From Chthoniobacteraceae bacterium (lineage in GTDB: Bacteria > Verrucomicrobiota > Verrucomicrobiia > Chthoniobacterales > Chthoniobacteraceae): a stretch of 25,492 nt of DNA. Below are positions 18,886 to 25,492 of this stretch, piece after piece (position 1 is the stretch's first letter; each line of letters begins with the position of its first letter). The position numbers were made by a program, and so were the translations under genes. Under the pieces are notes generated by a model, which ran no database searches, was not told where the DNA came from, and saw only the letters and a list, made by a program, of their open reading frames with translations. The DNA lies in contig JBEBGD010000083.1 of assembly GCA_040081625.1 (NCBI GenBank), forward strand, positions 1 to 25,492. The letters run 5' to 3'.

Positions 18886-19838
18886 GCGAAGTGCTCGCCA
18901 CCTACGACGCGCTCGCCGCGCGCATCCACCGCGCGTTCCGGCCGGACTTGAGCGATGCAGAGTTCGGTTCGCTCGCGCTCGACATCCACGCCTTCCAGCG
19001 CCGGTGGAACGAACCGTATGCGCGCTTTTGCGCGACGCGACCGGCGCCGACGCACTGGCGGGAGATTCCCGCCACGCCGCAGAGCGCGTTCAAGCGGTTC
19101 GCGCTCTCGTGCGTGCCGCGCGAGCACATCGGAAAGACTTTCCTCACGAGCGGCACGACCGGCGAGACGCGCGGCGCGCATCACTTTCGCGACACGGAAC
19201 TCTACGATGCGGCCGTGCTCGGAGGCTGGCGACGACTCGGCTTGCCGCGGCTGCGGCAGGTGATTCTTGCGCCTTCGCCCACCGAAGCGCCGCAGTCGTC
19301 GCTCAGCCACATGCTCGCGACGCTCGCTGTGGAAGCCGGCAATACGGAGCCTGTCGCGATGCTCGGGACCGCGCTCGCATTTCTGCATCACTTCGATACG
19401 ACGCCGGCACGCGTGCTTCCGCCGGGGAGCTTCGCGATGGAGACCGGCGGCTACAAAGGCTCCGGCCGCGACATCGCGAAGGTGGAACTTTACGCGATGT
19501 TCGAGCGGCATCTCGGGCTGAAGCCGGATGACGTGCTGAACGAATACGGGATGACGGAACTGAGTTCACAGTTCTACACGCGCGGCCTCGGCGGCGTGCA
19601 TACTGGCGGCCCGTGGGTTCGCGCGCTGGTCATCAATCCGGCCAGCGGCGCGGAGGCTGCGATCGGCGAGGCAGGCGTGCTGCGGATCTTCGATCTCGCG
19701 AATCTGAACTCCTCGCTCGCGATCGAGACGCAAGACCTCGCGATCCGGCGCGCGGATGGGTTCGAGTTGCTCGGGCGCGATCCCGCCGCACTGCCGCGCG
19801 GTTGCTCACGCGCGGCGGATGAGATGCTCCGACGATGA
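18882..19838 (+). CDS. LuxE-family acyl-protein synthetase (ANL adenylation superfamily)
   Basis: P-loop FLTSGTTG, METGGYKG, NEYGMTELSSQFY, IFDLANLNS, IETQDL, FELLGR and a C-terminal acceptor Cys (PRGCS). 318 aa, ATGA overlap with addA. Confidence 0.85.
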   Translation: MSEVLATYDALAARIHRAFRPDLSDAEFGSLALDIHAFQRRWNEPYARFCATRPAPTHWREIPATPQSAFKRFALSCVPREHIGKTFLTSGTTGETRGAHHFRDTELYDAAVLGGWRRLGLPRLRQVILAPSPTEAPQSSLSHMLATLAVEAGNTEPVAMLGTALAFLHHFDTTPARVLPPGSFAMETGGYKGSGRDIAKVELYAMFERHLGLKPDDVLNEYGMTELSSQFYTRGLGGVHTGGPWVRALVINPASGAEAAIGEAGVLRIFDLANLNSSLAIETQDLAIRRADGFELLGRDPAALPRGCSRAADEMLRR

Positions 19839-20827
19839 ACACTCTCGCCCGCGCCACCGCGCTCGCCGAGGCGTGCCAGAACTTCCCATTTCTCGGACCG
19901 AGCACGACGGACGATCTGCTCGCGATGGTGATCGCCGACTTCGGCAGCGCGACCGCGCCCGACGAGATGCAGCCACCAGTCGTGCTGCACATCCTCGCGG
20001 GCAACACACCCGCCGCCGCGCTGCAAACGCTCGTGCGCGGTCTGCTGCTCGGCGCGCACAATCTCGCGAAGTTGCCGTCGGCTGGGTTGCCGGAAGTCGA
20101 TGAGTTCATCGCGCGTCTGCCCGCCGCACTTGCAGCGCAAGTGGAGACGAGCACTACGCTGCCCGAGTGGTGGCTGGAGCGGGCGGACTCGATCGTGGTC
20201 TTCGGCGACGATGAGACGATTGCGCACTTCCGCGCTCGCGTGCGCGCGGACCAGCGCTTCATCGCGCACGGCCACAAGGTCAGCTTTGGCGCGACCTTCG
20301 ACGATCCCACTTTCGCGTCCGTGGAAGACGCGGCGCGCGATGTGGCGGCGTTCGACCAACTCGGCTGCCTCTCGCCGCACGCGCTCTACGTCGGCGGCGA
20401 CGCGCGAGCCTACGCAGCAAAACTCGCGACGGCGCTCGAGCGCATCCCGCGCGGCGCGTTTCCGCTCTCCGCCGCGAGCGCCATCCGCGCGCTGCGCGAA
20501 GACTTCGCCTTCCGCGCCGCGAACGGCGAGCCGTGCGCCGTGTGGTGCGGCGCAAACTCGACCGTGATCTACGACGAGACGCCCGGCTTTCCGCGCACAC
20601 CGCTACACCGCACGATCTTCGTGAAGCCGCTGCCCGCGGACTGGAGCGCGGAGCTTCAGACGGTGCGCGAGCACCTGAGCTGCGCGGGCGTTTTTCCCGA
20701 CGGCGCCACGCTCGCGGGGCTGGGAATAGGTCGCATATGTCCCATCGGACTCATGCAGTTCCCCCCGTGGACATGGCACCAGGACGGCGTCGCGCCACTG
20801 GCCTCGCTGCTGAAAAATCCCGGTTGA
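19835..20827 (+). CDS. LuxC-family acyl-CoA/acyl-protein reductase (ALDH-like fold)
   Basis: LHILAGNTP, VVFGDDETI, HGHKVSFG, catalytic-Cys motif FDQLGCLSPH, RICPIGLMQFPPWTWHQDG. ATGA overlap with the LuxE-like gene. Confidence 0.85.
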   Translation: MNTLARATALAEACQNFPFLGPSTTDDLLAMVIADFGSATAPDEMQPPVVLHILAGNTPAAALQTLVRGLLLGAHNLAKLPSAGLPEVDEFIARLPAALAAQVETSTTLPEWWLERADSIVVFGDDETIAHFRARVRADQRFIAHGHKVSFGATFDDPTFASVEDAARDVAAFDQLGCLSPHALYVGGDARAYAAKLATALERIPRGAFPLSAASAIRALREDFAFRAANGEPCAVWCGANSTVIYDETPGFPRTPLHRTIFVKPLPADWSAELQTVREHLSCAGVFPDGATLAGLGIGRICPIGLMQFPPWTWHQDGVAPLASLLKNPG

Positions 20828-20851
20828 CGGTCGGCACGCGGCCCCTACTCT
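20824..20851 (+). promoter_or_regulatory. Putative sigma70 promoter for the riboswitch operon
   Basis: TTGACG (20824-29), 16-nt spacer, TACTCT (20846-51). This places a start site about 6-8 nt downstream, just before the aptamer P1 at 20860. Confidence 0.6.
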
Positions 20852-20859
20852 CCCGCCCT

Positions 20860-20976
20860 CTTTCATCAAGAGTAGCTGAGGGTTCTGGCCCGTTGAAGCT
20901 ACGGCAACCGCTCTCGCGCAAGCGAGGGGCCCAGGTGCCAAATCCAGCTCCGCAGAGATGCGGGGGAAGATGAAGG
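20860..20976 (+). promoter_or_regulatory. SAM-I (S-box) riboswitch
   Basis: P1 CTTTCATC (20860-67) pairs with GATGAAGG (20969-76). Conserved ATCAAGAG, kink-turn P2 GCTGAGGG..CTGGCCC..TGAAGC, P3 GGCAACC...GGTGCC, J3/4 AAATCC, and P4 CTCCGCA-GAGA-TGCGGGG. Confidence 0.93.
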
Positions 20977-21064
20977 CAGTTCAGTAGTCGCGGCGTCGCA
21001 ACGGCTGAATCGCACTCGTCGGCAGAAGAATTCTTGGTGGGAGTGCAACTCAACTGACTGCGAA

Positions 21065-22327
<1,263 letters not shown>

Positions 22328-22344
22328 CTTTTCATCCAATCACC

Positions 22345-22617
22345 ATGCCATCCGTCCTCATCCCCACTCCACTCCGCAAACTTACCGGTGACCTCGAAAC
22401 CGTCAGCGCCGGCGGCGCCACGATCGGCGAAGTCCTCGACAATCTCGACAAGGCGCATCCCGGCATCAAAGAGCGCCTCTGCGACGAAGCCGGCAACGTG
22501 CGCCGTTTCGTGAACATCTACGTCAACGGCGAAGACATCCGCTTCCTCGAAGAGAAAGCGACCGCCGTGAAAGACAGCGACGAGATCAGCATCGTCCCCG
22601 CGATCGCCGGAGGTTAG
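22345..22617 (+). CDS. MoaD/ThiS/CysO-family ubiquitin-like sulfur carrier protein
   Basis: 90 aa from ATG 22345: IPTPLRKLT...RRFVNIYVNGEDIRFL...DEISIVPAIAGG with a free C-terminal GG. Confidence 0.93.
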   Translation: MPSVLIPTPLRKLTGDLETVSAGGATIGEVLDNLDKAHPGIKERLCDEAGNVRRFVNIYVNGEDIRFLEEKATAVKDSDEISIVPAIAGG

Positions 22618-22619
22618 CC

Positions 22620-22865
22620 ATGGAAGACAAACAACGCCTCTGGCTCATGTTCCCGACGAAGCTCATCACCAACCCGGTGATTTGGGAACTCGGGCAGAAA
22701 TTCAAAGTCGTCACCAACGTCCGACAGGCGAGCGTGAACGACGAGATCGGTCTCGTGTCGCTCTCGCTCAGCGGCGAGCGCGACGAGATCAAGCGCGCCA
22801 TCGCCTGGCTCGAGGAACTCGGCGTGAAAGTCGAGCCGGTCGAGATCCAGACGATCGAAGGCTGA
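22620..22865 (+). CDS. Stand-alone NIL-domain (ACT-like) protein
   Basis: 81 aa: RLWLMFP...PVIWELGQKFKVVTNVRQASV...GLVSLSLSG...IKRAIAWLEELGVKVE. Matches the NIL pattern of the MetN C-terminal domain and NIL-ferredoxins. Confidence 0.85.
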   Translation: MEDKQRLWLMFPTKLITNPVIWELGQKFKVVTNVRQASVNDEIGLVSLSLSGERDEIKRAIAWLEELGVKVEPVEIQTIEG

Positions 22866-22872
22866 GCCCGCG

Positions 22873-22897
22873 CACGGCGCAGAGCACCGTGGCTACA
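22873..22897 (-). repeat. GTAG-type REP-like palindrome between convergent genes
   Basis: The minus strand reads TGTAGC-CACGGTGC-TCT-GCGCCGTG, i.e. a GTAG tetranucleotide plus an 8-bp stem and 3-nt loop. An opposite-strand TGTAGACGC follows at 22902-22910. Confidence 0.65.
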
Positions 22898-22915
22898 GCA
22901 CTGTAGACGCTCAGC

Positions 22916-23359
22916 TCACACGCATGCCGGTCGCCCCGCGCGAATCGACGCCCACGGCTCCTGCGTGGATACGTCCTGCGGGTCCGGCGCGTCAGCCAGT
23001 TCCGGCAGCAGCTTCGCTGGCGAGAGGATCGCGAGGAAGACAAGCGGCTCATTGTGCGGATTGAACGTCGCGTGAATTGTCCCCGACGGGATGTGCGCCA
23101 TCTCGCCCGCGCTCAGAATGCGATACTCCTTCCCGACCCACTGCTCAGCGCGGCCGTAGATCACGTAGATGATTTCTTCGCGATGCGGATGGAAGTGAAA
23201 CGGGTGGCAGTGACCCGGGTCCATGTTCGCGCGGACGAGCAGGAGCTTTTCCGCGCCCACGACATCGGGGCGGCAGAGCCACTCGTTGTTGGTCCACGGA
23301 TTCGTCTCGCGGATCGCGTCGGCGATCTGGACGAAGTGACGGTCGGCGGGAGTGCTCAT
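22916..23359 (-). CDS. Cupin domain protein
   Basis: Motif 1 PGHCHPFHFHPHREEIIYVIYG and motif 2 GEMAHIPSGTIHATFN. ATG 23359 overlaps the upstream TGA (ATGA). Confidence 0.9.
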   Translation of the reverse strand: MSTPADRHFVQIADAIRETNPWTNNEWLCRPDVVGAEKLLLVRANMDPGHCHPFHFHPHREEIIYVIYGRAEQWVGKEYRILSAGEMAHIPSGTIHATFNPHNEPLVFLAILSPAKLLPELADAPDPQDVSTQEPWASIRAGRPACV

Positions 23360-25491
23360 GGCGTCTTGCGGGAAGCGGCCCACGCCACCGCGTTGCGCAG
23401 CAACGTTTGGAAGGCCGGCAGGTCGTGCGCCCGCGCGTCGTGGCCGAGCGTGAGGCCGACGATGCGCGCCTTCGGGTGCTTCACGACGAAGACCTGCGGA
23501 TACGTGCCGGGCTTCTGCGTGCTCGTCGCGGTCGCGAGCACTTCGATCGGCGTCGCGGCGGGGTCGGCGTTGAACCAGTAAAGTTCGTCCGTGATGCGGA
23601 AGCTCGCGGGCACGCCCACCATGATCGGGTGCGCGGCTTTCACTGCTTTCACCTCGTATTCGCCGAGCTTGTCATGCCCTCGCGCGCCGCCGCCGACGAC
23701 TTGCGCGTTCCACTCGGGGAAGTTCTTCCACGCATACCAGGTGCCGGGGTGGTAGGCGATGATCCCCTTCCCCGCGTTCGCGAAATCGAGCAGCGCCTTC
23801 CTCGTCGAAGCCGCTATCGGCTGATTCGCGCTCCACACGAGCACGTCGATGCGATCGAGGATCGCCGGGACGCCGTTTGCGTTCTGCGTGAACTCCACCC
23901 AGCCGACGTGCGGTGCGAGCGTGGCTTTATCGGACGCGCCGAAGAACTTCACAAAGTCGTGCGACGACCCGCCGCCCACGAGCAGCACGCGCGGGCCTTT
24001 CGCCGGTTTCATCGCAGGCGGCTGCGGCACGGGGTCGGTGAATTGCGGCACAAACCCCGCCTCCACATCCGGCAAAGGTAGAAGCGGCGCCTCGCCGCTT
24101 CTCTCCCGCGCATCCGGCGCCCCGCCGGACTGACTATTCGCCGGCGAGGCGCCGGCAGGCGCCGCCGGAAGCGACGAGGCGTCGCGTCTACCAAGCTCCG
24201 CCGTGATCGCCACGAGCGTCGGCGCCGCACCGGTGTCCAGCGACTCGATAGTGATCCGATCGATCTCCACCGCGCCGAGCGCGAGCGGCTTGCTGAACCA
24301 GCGCACCTGACGCCCGCCTTTCACCAGGCCCTCCGCAAACTTCGAGCCCGGCACGTCGATGCGCCGGATGTAGTCGGCGAACTCCACGCCGTTCTTGAAC
24401 GTCATCCCCTCGCGCTGGCCCTGCGTCGTATGCACGGTCACCTTCAGCACGTCATCGCCGCCGCCGTTGCCGTTGTAGCCCCAGCCCGTCACGCCGCCGA
24501 GGAAGTGCAGCCGGTTCGCTTTGTAGCCGCCGACCTTCACCTCGACCTTCTGCGGCAGCGTCTTCGAGTAAGACTTCGGCGGTCCGCCCTTGAGCACGAT
24601 CACGTTCCGCGGCGCCTTCTCGGCGCTCACGATGTTGAAGGGAATCTCACCAATCTTCACCGTGCCCGTCTTCGCGAAGGGCAGCGTCTGATCGCGTGCG
24701 TCGGCGCTCTGGTAGAGCCCGGTGGAAGTCGAAGCCGTGAACGCCTCGCGCAGGTCGAGCGTGCGGAAGCGGCCGCCATCGACGCTCTGCATGTAGGCGA
24801 TGATGTCGCGCAGCCCTTCGCCGCCGAGCCCCTCGAAGCCCTCGGGCATCAGCGAGCGCCCGGTGTTCTCGCGCTTTTTGATGTCGGCGACTTTCACCTG
24901 CTGCACGCCGGCGAGGCTCTTGAGCGTGATCGTCGTCGGGTTCTCGCTCTCGATCACGCCGTTGAAAAGCTGACCGTCCTTCGTTTCGAGGTTCCACCCG
25001 ACGAAGCTCGGATCGACCTCCGCGTTCGGATCGACGATGGCGCTGAGCAACTCGCCCGCGCCGTGCGAACCCATGCCCGTGAGCCCCGGCCCGATCTTCG
25101 CGCCCGCGCCAGCAAACTCGTGGCAGATCGCGCACGCCGTCGTGAAGAGCGTCTTGCCGTTCGCCACGTCGCCCTTCTGCTCGACGAGCGGCGCGAGCTT
25201 CGCGATCGCGTCCTTCTTCGCCTTCGCGAGCGGGTTGAGTTCGTCGAGCAACTTGCCCGCGCGCTCGGCGACTTTCTTGTCCGCGTGCGTGCGCAGGCGG
25301 AAAGCGTTCGCCGGCCCGAGCGTGGTCACATCGACCTTCTTCGCTTTCACCGCGTCGAGGAAGGCGAGCGTCCAGTCCGCGCGCTTGAGCAGCGTGTCGA
25401 AGGCGACCGTCCGCGCGTCCGGCGGGAGCTGTCCGAATGCGCCCGCGAGCGCTTCGCCGACCGCGCGATCGTCCACGTCGGCGAGCGCGAG
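23356..25491 (-). CDS. PVC-type heme-binding (CxxCH) membrane-bound-dehydrogenase-family protein with C-terminal ThuA-like domain; 5'-truncated
   Basis: Frame open to the window edge. Helical repeats, then GDVANGKTLFTTACAICH...IGPGLT...AIVDPNAEVDPSF...SLMPEG, a beta-sandwich domain, a linker, and a ThuA-like domain (RVLLVGGGSSHDF, GKGIIAYH, HPIMVGVP, ITDELY, LTLGHD). Confidence 0.85.
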   Translation of the reverse strand, partial: LALADVDDRAVGEALAGAFGQLPPDARTVAFDTLLKRADWTLAFLDAVKAKKVDVTTLGPANAFRLRTHADKKVAERAGKLLDELNPLAKAKKDAIAKLAPLVEQKGDVANGKTLFTTACAICHEFAGAGAKIGPGLTGMGSHGAGELLSAIVDPNAEVDPSFVGWNLETKDGQLFNGVIESENPTTITLKSLAGVQQVKVADIKKRENTGRSLMPEGFEGLGGEGLRDIIAYMQSVDGGRFRTLDLREAFTASTSTGLYQSADARDQTLPFAKTGTVKIGEIPFNIVSAEKAPRNVIVLKGGPPKSYSKTLPQKVEVKVGGYKANRLHFLGGVTGWGYNGNGGGDDVLKVTVHTTQGQREGMTFKNGVEFADYIRRIDVPGSKFAEGLVKGGRQVRWFSKPLALGAVEIDRITIESLDTGAAPTLVAITAELGRRDASSLPAAPAGASPANSQSGGAPDARERSGEAPLLPLPDVEAGFVPQFTDPVPQPPAMKPAKGPRVLLVGGGSSHDFVKFFGASDKATLAPHVGWVEFTQNANGVPAILDRIDVLVWSANQPIAASTRKALLDFANAGKGIIAYHPGTWYAWKNFPEWNAQVVGGGARGHDKLGEYEVKAVKAAHPIMVGVPASFRITDELYWFNADPAATPIEVLATATSTQKPGTYPQVFVVKHPKARIVGLTLGHDARAHDLPAFQTLLRNAVAWAASRKTP
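24077..24192. repeat. Inverted REP doublet (REPIN-like) with an inner hairpin pair, embedded in frame in a CDS
   Basis: Plus copy GGTAGAAGCGGCG-CCT-CGCCGCTT (24077-24100) and minus copy GGTAGACGCGACG-CCT-CGTCGCTT (24192-24169). Inner hairpins TCCGGCG-CCC-CGCCGGA (24113-29) and GCCGGCG-AGG-CGCCGGC (24140-56). Confidence 0.75.
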
Positions 25492-25492
25492 G

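Noticed and set aside
18882..20827. Bioluminescence operon
   Set aside because: No luxA, luxB, luxD or luxG homolog is present in the window.

Overview
High-GC, gene-dense bacterial chromosomal segment. It most likely comes from the PVC superphylum (Verrucomicrobiota/Chthoniobacterales-like). This is inferred from the DUF1549/DUF1553 cytochrome + DUF1501 pair and the PVC-type heme-binding dehydrogenase. In order, it holds a partial hypothetical gene, the cytochrome/DUF1501 pair, a stand-alone LAB_N protein, a FadL-family channel, an EthD protein, a REC-HisKA-HATPase hybrid kinase, a GT4 glycosyltransferase, KdsD, a TlpA thioredoxin and a secreted SNase-ComEA(HhH) fusion. Next comes a five-gene stop/start-overlapped run: corA, addB, addA, luxE-like, luxC-like. 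After it, a sigma70-like promoter and a SAM-I riboswitch sit upstream of a threonine-synthase-like PLP enzyme, a GG-tailed sulfur carrier and a stand-alone NIL protein. The minus strand ends with a cupin and a truncated PVC heme/ThuA protein. The top leads are: (1) the SAM-regulated ThrC-like/sulfur-carrier/NIL operon, probably a non-canonical homocysteine/methionine route; (2) a nested, inverted GTAG-REP doublet read in frame inside a protein linker; (3) an orphan, compact LuxE/LuxC acyl reductase coupled to addAB. No rRNA, tRNA, CRISPR array or transposase was seen. All calls come from motif recognition by eye; no database search was run.
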